DNA of 64,000 bases from Ruditapes philippinarum. Lineage: Eukaryota. Of this stretch, positions 1 to 13,900 are shown in pieces. The stretch lies in the NCBI RefSeq assembly GCF_026571515.1, contig NW_026855305.1, positions 248,001-312,000 on the forward strand, read 5' to 3'. A program made the position numbers and the translations under genes. The notes under the pieces were generated by a model, which saw only the letters and a list, made by a program, of their open reading frames with translations, made no database searches and was not told the origin of the DNA. Every line of letters starts with the position of its first letter. Within the stretch, counting starts at the first letter, position 1.

Positions 1-430
1 GTAAATTCGCACCTACAAAATACACAATATCGAGATCGGCATGCCCCAAGGTCATATATTAGTTTGAAGAAATTTCACACGTGTCATTCTTCATTTGTCT
101 TTGAGTTGACAAAATAAACAGTCCAAAATATGTTATTAAATGCGGACCAGTAAGATATATAGAGCAAAAAATATTTTGCCCTGAAATTGTTATTCAATCT
201 GCTGACCAGTTAAATATAAAGGGAAAATGCTGACCAGTTAGTTATATAAAGAAAAACCTATTTTGCCGTGAAATTGTTATTCATTTTATAATGTCTGCAA
301 GTTTATTTTATAATGTCTGCAAGTTTGATATATTGTATAAAATCATGTCGACAATCCAATAAAGTAAACAAAGCTGACAAATTATATATTAATTCAAATT
401 GATTTAAGCCGTAAATCTCTTCTTATTTTA

Positions 431-833
431 TATGGTACTCGTTCTGCGCATGCCTACCGGAAGACGAACCCCGAAACAAAGTCATTGTCGTTACTTCGGC
501 TTTCGCGTTTCGGGGTGAAATCACGACAACACGAAAATCTGCAGTATTTTCGTTATTTCGACCTTCGCGTTTCGAGGCGAAGACACGAAGAAACGACAAA
601 CAAAGGGCGACGAAAGATTTCGCCCCGCCGACACGAAAACTTAAACAATGGAATTGTCGTCCCTTCGCGTGTTAAAGTTTCGTTATTTCGCCTAGAATGT
701 TTTGTGTTATCGTGTCTTCGCCCCGAAAGGCGAAAGTTGGAATAACGACAAATAGGTATGTTTTCGTGTCTTCGCCTTTCGACTTTCGGGGCAAAGACAC
801 GAAAACACGAAATGGCAGAAATCAGCTGGCATA
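431..833. mobile_element. Related CpG-rich element or remnant
   Basis: Right end AAACACGAAATGGCAGAAATCAGCTGGCATA resembles the TIR of the 2358 element; the interior is built from CGAAA/TTTCG/ACACGAA motifs in both orientations; begins TATGG; TSD not clear. Confidence 0.55.
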
Positions 834-1490
834 GTATTAAAGACCTGGCATTTCGAAATAAAACAAATGATTTGGGCGAGAGATATTTAAATTATAAGTG
901 TAAATTGTTTTATAAAATTGTTTAACACTAAAAAGGTATTTTCAACCACAACTTCGATGTAAAATCGTAATGTGTTTTCTTTGCATGAACATGTTTGACT
1001 GGCTCTTGGTATCAAACGTTTAGAAATATGACTCACACACAGATATATATTTTACACTAATACTATTAAGTTTCATAACTTTATAAAAATTAAAACAGTC
1101 ATGAAATAAATATCCGAAATTGTTGAAGAAATTTGAAAAAAAATACTGAAATGTTGAATTCTACTCAAGCTGGTGTTAGGGGGGCGTAACGTATGAGCAT
1201 ATTCAATCAAACCGAGTATGCAATATTTTCAATTTTACCGTTTTGGACATTTTTAGGAATTCCTTGTTTCATCTGAATGTAGTAATATAAAGTTACGTAA
1301 ATAATGTTGCGCATTTGACATGTTTCACTTAAAAATCTCTCTTAACACATAGATAAAAATGATTGATTTATTCTTGCTTTCTACAAAATCAACATACTAC
1401 ATCGACATTCTATATTTGCCATGAAGCAAAATAAAAAAAGCGTAGATGTATATAATATAAGTCATTTGTTATCGTGTGTAATTAAGATTT

Positions 1491-1725
1491 GAGCCGTGCC
1501 ATTACAAAACCAACATAATGGGTTTGCGACCAGCATGGATCCAGACCAGCCTGCGCATCCGCGCAGTCTGATCAGGATCCATGTTGTTCGCTTACCAACC
1601 CTATTACAAGTAGAATAACTGACAGCAAACAGCATGGATCCTGATCAGACTGCGCGGATGCGCAGGCTGGTCTGGATCCATGCTGGTCGCAAACGCACTA
1701 TGTTGGTTTTGTCGTGACGCGGCTC
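1491..1725. mobile_element. 235-bp palindromic MITE, GAG...CTC termini (Sola-like), copy 1
   Basis: Arms of about 100 bp in inverted orientation around a spacer of about 35 bp; three equal-length copies in the window; flanks ATTT/AATT. Confidence 0.88.
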
Positions 1726-2357
1726 AATTGTTTTCTTATTCAGAAATAAAAAAAAACTTGAAGTATATTCATTGACAAAAGAAAATAATACGTTACCATA
1801 AATGTTTTTTGTTGTTTCTCTTTCAATTTACAATGTTTACTTTTACTCTACAGACATTACTTTGTATATTCCAATGAAAATAATTTGATGTTTTACAAAA
1901 ATAAATTGCAAAATTAATTAGTTCAAAGAATGTGTGTATTATTTTATTTTATTTGCCATAATGCTGATTTGCTTTTTGTATTGTAATGTTTTTTATTGCA
2001 CATAAAATCAAATTAGATAGATTATGGTGCCTGTACTGAATAACAAATTTTGTTTTTGTGATTTTGCAAATTTACCTTTTATAATTATTATACTCTAAAT
2101 GAACACCGTATCAATGCATTACGCAAAAATGATCAATTTATGAAAATTTAATATATTGCAAAACTAAAGAAATACAAATTCGTACCATATTAAAAGGGAA
2201 ATATTCAAACATCCGATACATTGTCCGAATTGCAAATTGTGATATTTTTGTGTGTGTCAAACGATAGAGACACTACAAGTGGGATTTTTTTCTCAGTCAA
2301 AAATGAAATTGCAAGTACTAACATGTGTTCAACTATATTGAAATAAAAGAACATACT

Positions 2358-2845
2358 TATGGTGGCTGATTTGTGCCATTCGTGTTTTCGCCCCTCGACC
2401 CCGCCATTTGAACTTGCTTATTTTCGACTTTTCGCTTGGCGGGGTTGCGGGACGAAAACACGCTGATTAGCGGGGGCGCGCGGCGAAGTTTTATTTATTA
2501 AACTTCGCGCTAATTAGCGTGTTTTCGCTCTGCTCCCCCGCCATTTGAACTTGTTAATTTTCGACTTTTCGCTTGGCGGGGTCGCGGGACGAAGTTTTAT
2601 TTATTAAAATTTGCCCCGCGCCCTCGCTAATTAGCGTGTCTTCGTCCCGCGACCCCCGCAGTTTTATTTCTTAAATCTCGCTCCGCACCCCCGCGGGACG
2701 AAGTTTTATTTATTAAACTTCGCCCCTCGCCCTCGCTTATTAGCAAATTTTCGCTCCGCTCCCTCGCCATTTTGACTTCATTTTCGACTTTTTGATTGGC
2801 GGGGTCGCGGGGCGCAAACACGAATGGCACAAATCAGCCACCATA
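2358..2845. mobile_element. GC-rich TIR element TATGG...CCATA with 6-bp TSD (IS3EU-like non-autonomous DNA transposon)
   Basis: TIR of about 30 bp TATGGTGGCTGATTTGTGCCATTCGTGTTT at both ends; CATACT duplicated at 2352-2357 and 2846-2851 (an alternative reading is an 8-bp TSD ACATACTT with ATGG ends); three internal copies of CGCCATTT...TTTTCGACTTTT...TTGGCGGGG. Confidence 0.85.
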
Positions 2846-4377
2846 CATACTTGAATATTTTAGAAAAATAATTTTGCTTGAATTAAGAAAAAAATAAACG
2901 TTTAGTAGGCTTTAATTCTATATAACTAATTTCTTACTCAAACATATAACCTTAATTTTTTCGTGATTAAGGGATGATAATGATAAGATAAATTTGATGA
3001 TGATGATGACAACGATGATGATGATTGTGAATATTATTATAACAAAAAGTATAGCGAATAATTTGAAGCAATGCACATTTTTATGGTCACAGGAGGCGAG
3101 GTCACCTTGTGAAGTCTTTCGAAGAATTATATTTATAGAATATTCTTTTCAAGGAATTGCTTTTGAATTATCTTATTTTTGGAAATCGATAATTTGGCTT
3201 TTTACCAGATTTGAGGTTATAAATATGTCAAGGTGAGAATCACATGAAGTAAATAACTTAATGTCTGGCTCATTTCTATGATTCTTGATTGAGAGAGATT
3301 TTTATAAATACAGAATATAATAAAGCTATAACTTAAAAAATTGGCTTGTTCATGTTCAGACTCAAACCGAGTCTGCAATTTTAGTGTAATTTTCTTGTAA
3401 CTGATTTCAAAGAGATCACACATTTTTCCAGATTTTTGTATTTCAGGTTCCATAATAAAAAAAAGAAATACTCTTGGGTGTTATTGGTTTAAGCTTTTCT
3501 GAAATGTGTGAATATTAATAAAAAAAACATGTATTTAAATGTTTCCTAAATTTTAAAACATTATAAAACTGCTATTTATCGCAAACATGGCACTAACATA
3601 AATAACTTAAAGGAGCTCCATTAAGGTCCAAAAACCTTTTAGATTTGTTGCATAGATCAGTTGAGGCATTTAAAACAAAAAAAAGATATGCAAACTTTAA
3701 AGATAATTAACTAAGAAATAAATTAAAAACTGTATAATTATGCTATTTTTAGCCCGATTTATGTGAAAAGCGTTGCAATATTTGACCATTTTCCACATTT
3801 ATAATTATTTTTTCTAAAATATAGGAGGAAGCGAATGAACACGTTATTGGTCTAGTACTTTATCAAATGAACAAATTATTTCTTGTCACATCATGTTACG
3901 AAAAACCTCAGTGGGGTCCCGAAAGCACCTTGTGACAATTTACGGTGTGGATATAATTCAAATACAGGCATGGTATAATGACGTTACAATCTTTTCAAAA
4001 CCAAACTATTACCCATCATGTTTGACTATGTAATTAGCTATCGTAAATAAATAATTATAACCCTCCACATTTTTTCTCTCCTTTTGCAAAATTTGCAGCG
4101 ACCTTTAATGTTATCAAATGTTACAACGCCCTTCAGTTCAAAGATACACATACTTAATAACCATAAATATGCTGAAATGAATGACAATTTATTAAACACT
4201 AAATGAATTTTGCTGAAATTCTAAACCCATGCCTGGTTATTGCATTTTTAATGAGATTCTAAATTTATGCCTGGTTTTTGCATTTATGCATTAGGTCGTA
4301 AGATTTTCCTTGACAGCCTTGTAAAATAAATTAAAAAGAAAAGAAAATTATCTCTACATTTATTTTAAAATCGATCA

Positions 4378-5023
4378 TTAATACACGTGTTACTATATAT
4401 AGTAACACAATTGCCTATGATTTCAACTGATTATGAGTGTCACGTGACCTATTATGAGTTTGCGGCCCGGGGCCGAGAACTAGTTATCAGCCCGCAGAAC
4501 ATGTGCACGTTCACAAACTGAAACAATGACGTCATATTTTACGTCATCAAACAGTTAACTGTAAAAGTGAAAGTAGGTTGTCAGCACGAATCGCTTTATT
4601 TTTATTATGAGAGCTTAAGCGTATTTAGTACAAACACATTTTTGTTACTATTGAAATTTGAAGAAATAATACGACAAATTCATTCCGAAAAAAAAATGAA
4701 AATAAAACTTGCTTCTAGATTCTAGATACTGCTTTGAACACACAAACAGTAGACTCTAAACATCTCTGTACAGAACAGTAGAAGAGTACTGTAGACAAGA
4801 ATTTCAACGAAAGAACTTCACAGTATTTGTTTTTTTTTAAATATGCTACTATTAGATCTACCAAGTGTATTAAAGACATTAATACACGTCAGAGTAGGGC
4901 CGGAAGGTGATAATCGGCCCTGAATGAATAATGGCCCTCGGGCTAAAGCCCTCGGGTCCATTATTCATTTTGCGGGCCGATTATCACCTTCCGGCCCTCT
5001 CCTGCCGTGTATTAACCTCTTAA
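4378..5023. mobile_element. Putative non-autonomous Crypton-like element with terminal fold-back
   Basis: TTAATACAC(G) in alternating orientation at 4378, 4865, 4879 and 5006; 137-bp hairpin 4879-5015 with a CCCTCGGGCTAAAGCCCTCGGG apex; 22-bp perfect palindrome at 4387-4408. Confidence 0.55.
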
Positions 5024-7943
5024 TCTACGAGCAAATTTAATATTTTTGTGTCCATTGTGCAGTAGATAAAAGTTTGTATTATTTTTCATCACACCACCTT
5101 ATATTAACGATCATGATTTTATTATTGACTCAATCACAATGCATGTAGACATGAAGTAAATAACAAGATGTAAACAAATTGGACGATTTTTATATTATAA
5201 TTATGTGTTATTTTACACTGTTCTTTCCATATTTAGCCTTGAAAAGTAAAACTTACACAAAACAAACTTTATTAATTAATCAAAATTATTGTAGCCAATA
5301 CTTTTCTAAGACGATCATTGTTTGCTTAAAATATGCAACGTTTTTGTATACCGTATCACATAAACAGATTGGTCATTAACTACCAAACTTCATTATATTG
5401 TGAAAGTTCTATATTAGGTTTAAGATTTTTGTGAGCCTCATCACCTATGCTTTGGTTGCAAAGAGGGCATATTCTACTCCCTTTTCAAATTAAAAAAAAA
5501 ATGATCATACATTTTATGGATTTACTGCTTGTGCTATTTTTTCAATTCCAAATTACTTTTCAAAATAGTTATTACAGTCCGATGTGCTTTCAACATCATC
5601 TATTTTTTTTATTACTGTCATACTTTCTGACTTTATACGATTTGATTTACATTTCATTTTCATTTATTTCATTTAATGCTATTTTTACACTCTTTTTCAA
5701 AATTTAAAATAGTCTTCTATCCAATTAACCAAAATATGAAGCGTGTGACATACTAGTAAACAAAACTATACCGATGTTGCCCGACTATAGGACTATAGGA
5801 AGCTATCAGTCACCACAGGGAAAATAACATATTCGCGTTGTTCTTCTGTTTAGTTTGCATCGCAACAGCAGGTGTCAAGTGCTGTGTGGCAGTCGTGAAA
5901 TATTACCCAGTACTTCACTTCAGTGTTGTTATATTTTTGGTTCTTCGGGATCATTGAGTCCAGCACGAATACCGCTCAATCCGGTTTTAGCACATTTTCA
6001 TTATCCTTCATGTACAACAGTCTCAATCAAACAGAGTCTGCAATTTTCATCTAATTTTTCTGTTTTAATGCTACCAAGGGATCACTTATTTCCATATGTT
6101 TGTAATGTATTTACTTATCATATGTTACGGATATAATATGGAAATCATAAAATGTTATGGAATAATACTTCACAGTGCCTAGATTTTCAGCGGAAAATTA
6201 AAACTAAAATAGAGAAAGACATAATCAGAAAGAAACAGATAATGTTGCGGGCTCATTTTGATTGAGCTTGTTCATGGACGGCAGCGGTAATTACATCCTA
6301 CCGTCCACGCCACCTATCACCGCCTAGCAGAATATTTGCAAGTTTTTAGATCCTGTGATACTGCACTACTATCTATTAGACCGATCAAAACTAGACATCA
6401 TATTGACCATAGCTTTAAAGATTAGCAATTCTGATGTACTGACATTTGATTAAAGTAGAGTTAAATGAAATACCTTATTAAAAAAATATTTATTTATTTA
6501 CCAAGTTGCATGCTAGGGATGTGGACGGTCATTTTTGGCCACTGCCGTAACGAAAAGTCTCGATATAGCCTAGCCTACAACATTTTCAATTGTTTACAGT
6601 TATTTTGAGACATATTCTGAGCTTGTGTATGCATGCATTTTTTTTTTCCAACTGCAGGGCATCTTATATTAACAAAAACAACACTCATCAAATTGCTCTG
6701 CATGTTCTACAAAGGACCGTGAATCGCATATTTCAAGTTTATTGTCACTATATTCTTACAAAGACGCACAAGGCGGGATGTGCCTTTTGGAAACCTCAGT
6801 CCTAAGTTCATATAAAACCTTAAAGTGCATTAATTAATTTACTTCGAAAAAATCAACCAATTTTGAAAATTATCTCTGAACATTATGTACTAGATGGTGA
6901 ACTATCAATAAAGGTCATAAATCAAGATCATTGCCATACCGACCTTTGAAGACATCCGGTACGGTGATTAATGGTGTATAATAAATATAACTTTTAAGAT
7001 ATTAAAAAAAAAACTCATTAAAACTTTGGTATGAAAATGTAAATAGTTCATTAGAGTTTATACGCAGACAACTTTTGAATTTACTTCGAAGATTGTTTTC
7101 TCCTGTCACTACGTGCGTTAATGTACGTTAAAATACGGGTATATTTATTGCTTAATATGCAATAATACGAAATCACGTTGTCACTTGTTTATCATTTCGT
7201 CTTAAGCATGTTAAAATTTATTAATATGTGATCATTATCACGTGAACACTTTAAACAGCCATAAACAATGTGCCTTATCTTAACGAGCACCTGCACGCAA
7301 CTGTTATAGTGAAGGTGCCCTCATCGGGGGTTTGATAGACTAATATTGCCCCTAAAGAATGGATTGAGAAGAATGTACAAAATGTATCACAATAGAATAT
7401 TCAATATAAAAAGCCTTATATAAGTTATGAAAACCAAGTCAGGCAATTTTTATGTTCAAAGTTGTTTTAAAGTTTAACAGATTTAAAACATAAATAAATA
7501 CATGTTGCATGTATCAATGTTTATTCTGATTTAACTAATCATAATTAAGATACTTCAAATAACGTGTCTGACATAAAATCATGAAAGGTTATCGCTGCCG
7601 GGGTTTCACACAAGTGACATATTATTTCGGTTTATAATCGGAGTCATACAAACGGATCCTGCACCATTTTTAACTTTGTTTCCCGACTTTTGTCGGGTTT
7701 TTTTTTTTGCCAAAACTGTGATGTTTGGACAAGTTTCTTTTCAAGTCTTTAATTCTTGGAAAGGAAGTGATATGTTTTAACAAGTATATACAGGTCATGC
7801 ATTTCGCCGTCAACACTTATCATTGCATCATCTTTCGGCAAAACACAAAGTAGTTTGACGCGTACCTATTTTCGTCCAGTACTTTATAGTTCGTAATTCT
7901 GTTTTAAACACTCCATATCACAATATCCTTCGGAAAGAACGAG

Positions 7944-10900
7944 ATGTCTTCAGGTAAACTTTTATCTTAGATTTATTTCATTCAAGTTTTTGTTTGCTTT
8001 TTTCTTTTTAAAGTTTAGATTTTCAAACTTAATTTAAACACAATATAAGAAATATTGCAAATGTCATTGATTTAATTCAAGTATGGTTGGCGGGTTTGTC
8101 ATATGCCTGTTAAAGAGGTAATTGTAAAAGAAATGATAAATGAATGAAATGAAAAGAAATGATTTTTAATACTTTCAAAGAATGAATCATGTGGGTCACG
8201 TTTTGATAAAGAGTTATATTTCAAAATGCTAGATGTTCTTAGTACTCTTTTAGTTGTACATATGTAATGACAGTAATAATCGTTATATTCTATTTAGGTT
8301 TAAAAGTATATTTTAAAATTAACAAATTAGATAAAATTACTAATTTGCCTTATATAATTAAAAACGCTATTTTGAATTTGACGTAACATTTGACCTAACG
8401 TTACGTCATTTCCCTCGTTTTGTCTGAATATATTTGTATGTATTATAAATGCCGCTGAAGAAGGCCGAATGGCCGAATGCTGCAGAAAATTCAAAATAGC
8501 GTTTTTAACAAATTAATAATATAAGTAGACACGAATTATTTTGATAAAGTTGTCACTTACAATAAGTTCATCGTTAATTGAACCTAAAATGCTATCTTTA
8601 TTGATTTTTCTATACTTCTTTATTTTTTATTAATTCTTTTTTGTTGTGTTTTTATTTCATTTTATTTTATTTTATTCATTTTATTTACTTATTTTATTTA
8701 TTTATTTATTTATTTATTTCCTATTTTTATATTAATTAATTGTATTAGTTAATTAATTAATTAATAATTAATTGACTCTTTGGTAATGCAAAAGAGTTAC
8801 ATTTTGCAAAACNNNNNNNNNNNNNNNNNNNNNNNNNNNNNNNNNNNNNNNNNNNNNNNNNNNNNNNNNNNNNNNNNNNNNNNNNNNNNNNNNNNNNNNN
8901 NNNNNNNNNNNNNNNNNNNNNNNNNNNNNNNNNNNNNNNNNNNNNNNNNNNNNNNNNNNNNNNNNNNNNNNNNNNNNNNNNNNNNNNNNNNNNNNNNNNN
9001 NNNNNNNNNNNNNNNNNNNNNNNNNNNNNNNNNNNNNNNNNNNNNNNNNNNNNNNNNNNNNNNNNNNNNNCAAAAAGTAACTCTTTGGCATTACCTGAAC
9101 CATCTGTTGTTGTTGTTTTGTTTTTTTTCATTCTGGCAACAAGTACAATTAAAGTGAGATTCTATTTTGTATTGATATCAAAAATTCCTTTTTGTTTACA
9201 TTTTATACCTTAATTACAAAATAAAATCTCATTTTCTATCAACTTAATCCATTATTACTTACATTATAAAACATGTATTTGCCCTTTCTACACTCATTTC
9301 TGAGACATACCTTGCCTTTAAATCTAAACCTGCAATTTTTTTTTATTGTTGTTATTATTAAATTGCTCTCAACGATATTTTTGTCTTGAATGTGAATGTT
9401 TTAAATACTTTTTGCAGACAAGTTTTTTGTTTATGTACTCCTTGTTAAAAAGTACTAAACATACGGTACGTGGTAAGAAATAGAAGTTTCTGGAATTTGT
9501 CTATTTGGTGTGCTATTGGATGTGCTTTAAAATAACTCGGCATGTAGAGGCTTATAAAAAAAACGCATGTAAATATAAGTACCGTTTGTTTTAACTTTAT
9601 TCTTCATTTTGTTCGCGGTAATGAAGCTTATACATTGATTTTATGATGACAATGTAATAATTTGTATCAATGTAATGGCATCTATAATGCGTTATGAATC
9701 GAATTTTAGACTTCAGTAAAATGAATAATGTTATAATGTCTTCTTGATTAACAATGATTTCAAAACTTTAATATTTGTTCACTTTGAAATAAAATACAGG
9801 ACCATATTAATTACCATTTTGTCACAATTGTCTCTTAGCTGTGAATGGATAAACTAATACAAAATATCTTACACTATCGCATGAAATTATGACCTTATTT
9901 GTGGTAACGATTAAATTGTAGGTTAGGGAAACATACTTTTTGTAATGGCTGTCCAACGTTTATGATAATTTCGGTTTGTAATATTTATATTTTTGTATAG
10001 AATGATTGTAATTCAATGTGTAACTATTAATTTATGGCAATTAATTTAATTTCTTTATAGAAATCTACACGTCTGAGAGTGTTGGGTCCGATGAGGGCGG
10101 TGATGGCAGCGCCGTTAAACCGTATAAAACTGTGCTACAGGTACGTATTGCATCTTAATAATGTAAAAGTCGCCTCATACACTCAGAGGCACTTATAACC
10201 CGACACTGACATTTTTCGGTATCGGACTTTGTTGAAATTTGGACCATACCAAATCCAATATGTCATAACTTACTTCTAAGAATTTTATATTAGGTTACAC
10301 GCAGATTTAATGCGATTCAGAGACTGTTCATTTTGTTCCGATTTTTACTGTCTTTCTGTGTTTGTTTTTTTTCATTTTACAGTAGTCTATTTGTTTTGTT
10401 ATTTTATTTATTTTTTCCTGTCAATGGATTGTTAATTAAATTCTAAGTAGTAAGAATGATGTGTTGAAATTTGCATAGTCCAAATTTGAAGAAAATCCTT
10501 CGAGAAATGACGCTACTATTTTATATATCTTTATCTTAAAGCATTCCTCGTTCGTTATGTATTTAAACGAATAAGATTACTTTTTTTTACTTTAAATCAA
10601 GCAGATAAATACTGTCAGGGCAACATTTTTCAAACTTCAAGGGAATTCTGTTCAAGCATTAATTTCTGATTAAGGCTTTTTAGTCTTTAATTTCTAGTAA
10701 ATATACAAGTCATACAAAGTCATTTTACACTTTGTTTTTAAAATATCGGGAATGAAAATGTGCTCAGACTCCCAGAAGTTTGTTTCTTTGAAGTTTTGAT
10801 AAATAAAAACTAAATCAGATTGCTTTCGGAAAGTTTAAGTTTTGGATATCCCGTTTTTACATGGATATTTTTTTAGGAAGTCGGTAAGCTTCAAAATGAT

Positions 10901-13900
10901 TCATTGAATTATTTTTAAATAAAGTTTCCGTACGGATAAAATGATGAATTGTACTGTAAAAACATTTTCTGGTGACTGTTATTGAAATTAAATCGGGAGT
11001 AACTGTCAGCCACCCTGTTTAGCCATTAAATGAGCTTTTAGGTTTATGGCGCAATCATTCACAGTTACAGATACGCAGATACTCTGTAATGCGCAAATAT
11101 TATGCTATCCGAATGTTTTTCTGTGTGTAGAAAATAATTACATGTAGAACGAGCTACAACTTTCACATTTTAGACCTTTTAATGTTGAATATTTTTATTT
11201 TTATTTTCTTATATTTTTATTTAGTAAACAACATGTTAATGGATTTTGTCCAAAATTTATGTAACATTTTAACTTGAAAACGATGGAGAAAACCCCTAAA
11301 TTTGTACAGTACAATTATATTATTATTAATTACAATTTCACATTACTTCATATAAATAAGTCATGCAACCTAGACTAGATAAAGATTGTTGTGTTGTTGT
11401 GTGTATATAATGGACATTAAAATAACACTATTGTTATCTGCAATTTGTTGAGATAAAAAATATGAGATGAAACATGATTTTAAGATGGGATTAAAACTTT
11501 ACAGGCTATGAGACATGCAGGACAAGAACCCTTTCCAACCATCTACGTGGACGGGAAAGAAGGAGCAGCTGTAAGTATTCTAGTCAAAAGAACTAAAGAA
11601 AACTTGTTTTTCGTTTTCTTAATTTCAAAGACAAGTTCATGAAGGTTGTGTAGTTTTCTTTTTTTTCACTTTCATGCAAGATAATTTCTATGACAAAAAT
11701 AGAAACAGATTTGGTATCATATAATGCTCTTTTACAATGTGTTTTCTAATGAGCTTTGTACTCGTGTAAGTGTGACGAGTATAAAACATATCAGACTGAT
11801 TAATTCCTCAATGTTGAATAAGATAAAATTTTAGTGTGATGTTTCAACGATTCTTTTAACTGTCTAATTTCATTGTTACACTGTGCAGTAAATGTACATT
11901 TAAGTAACAGTGTATACAAATTCTAAACAATTGTGAATGAATAACTAGTTTGTTTGATTTCCAAGTACTGTTATTTCAATTAAATATAGGAGAACGATGC
12001 AATGTTTTATCTATAGAAATATGAGCATCAATATTATAAACAAAGTGAATGTTCCTTATGAAAGCTAAAACGTTTTACTTATAATACAAATAGTATTCTT
12101 GAAATGAATTTACTGAAAGAATCATGTTCTATGACTAGAAATATGAAGAAGCCACCAAGTCACAAATAAAGAAGTGGCAAAAGGTCTGGCTGAGAGAGAG
12201 CAACAAACAAGTTGACAGCCAGGAAAAAGATGTAAGTTTTTTTTCCATCTTTAATTCACTTTACTTCTTATTAAGCTTCAGGCTTTTTATATATTTCCAT
12301 TGTAACGAAATATTGTATTTAGCTCATATGAAAGAATCGTATTGCGACTCCTTTGGACCAGCGGTATTTAGCTAAATACTTACCATTTTGATTTCTGCCA
12401 TTTCGGTTTCAGACTTAGAATCGATATTTACATTTAGAAACATTTTATTACAGTTAATACATCGAATTCATATCCAAATGAATTATACTGGTGCTGTTTC
12501 TCATTTGAAATTGCAAGTTGATAGTTGTTAAATGCTTAACGAAAAGACATTTAGACGGTTAAATTATCAAATGCAAATGTACAATATATTTCCCTTTTTG
12601 CACATTTCGGGATAGTTTCAAAGATTCATCTTTTAAAATAATTCTATATGTTTTTGACAAGATAAAAGATTCGTGTAAATTATAAATCTTTCAGAGACAC
12701 TCGTCTTAATTTTGTGATTTAATGGATGTGTGTCATATGTTATATTTTAGAAGATATTTTTTTTTGTTATTTTTGTTAGACCTTACAATATCTCCGTGTT
12801 TTCACACGTAATTAATCAGTAAATACGCAGGTCAAGCCTTCTATATAACAACACATTTGCATGTGCATAGAACATGTGCAAAAGATCTTGTAAACTAGTC
12901 GATATTTACTTATAAATAAATAAAAAGTTGGGATTTTTAATGCCGATATACTAATTTTAAAATGTGTTACGATTCATTTGAAATACTGCAATCCTATTGG
13001 TAAAAAATATTTCAAACACCAAGCTTGATCATAAATGCAAACTAAGTTGAATTACTGAAACATTTTATAGGCTGATGTACAGCGAAGGGAAAAGAATTTA
13101 GAAGAAGCAAGGAAGATAACTATTACTAACGATACAAGTCTGCCAGTCCCCAAGCAGGTAAAGTATACGATTTTAATGTGATATCGAAACAATCTCTATT
13201 AAAATTATGTGTGCACTGTTGTTCCTAGTTGGCGATTGAATTTTAGTGGCTTCGCTAACTTGTATAGTGATCTTTCTTTTGACAACTGTTTGGCGAATGA
13301 ATCCCAGTGGCTTTCGTTTCTTATTATTTATTTATGGTTGTTCACAAGTTCAAGCGTCATTGTTCAGGTCGTATAGACATTTTGCAGCTTATTCTTGCTG
13401 TTAACAAAACTGCCGTGACATTCTTTATTTTAAAGGCAATCTAACAGTTGCCTCACTGCTGAGCAGCATTGCAAACCATCCTCATATAAAAGAAAACAAT
13501 GCATTCAGCCGGATTAAGTAACGAGTAAATTGATTTGAAGTCAATCATCTCATCTACTCAGTTTTGCTGCCGACGGTCCATTCAGAACATTTTCATTAAA
13601 ATAAGTTATTTTAATAATACAGTTTATGTCTAAATAAAGAATATCAAAATACCTATGAATGTATTTATATATAAATGTGAGTATGCATATAAACGAACTA
13701 AATAGTATGATTCTTATATAGATTAAAATACGTGATGCTGTAAACACCCGGGATATCCGTGTGAAGATCTATGGTTGGGTTCACCGTCTTAGAAGACAGG
13801 GCAAGACACTTATGTTTGTCGTTATCAGAGATGGCACGGGCTTTCTTCAATGCATTTTGACAGATCTCCTGGTACTGATTAAATATTATAAATAATTATC

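Noticed and set aside
8757-9157. ORFs spanning the N run
   Set aside because: Artefacts of the assembly gap.
12011-12060. Look-alike acceptor (CTATAG|AAATATGAG) upstream of NARS1 exon 4
   Set aside because: The frame hits a stop within about 15 codons and does not resemble AsnRS; not supportable as an alternative exon.
12317-12891. Possible ancient HINE in NARS1 intron 4 (TTTAGCTC...TCTTGT)
   Set aside because: No convincing subterminal IR, microsatellite or core, so it was not counted in the donor-proximity pattern.
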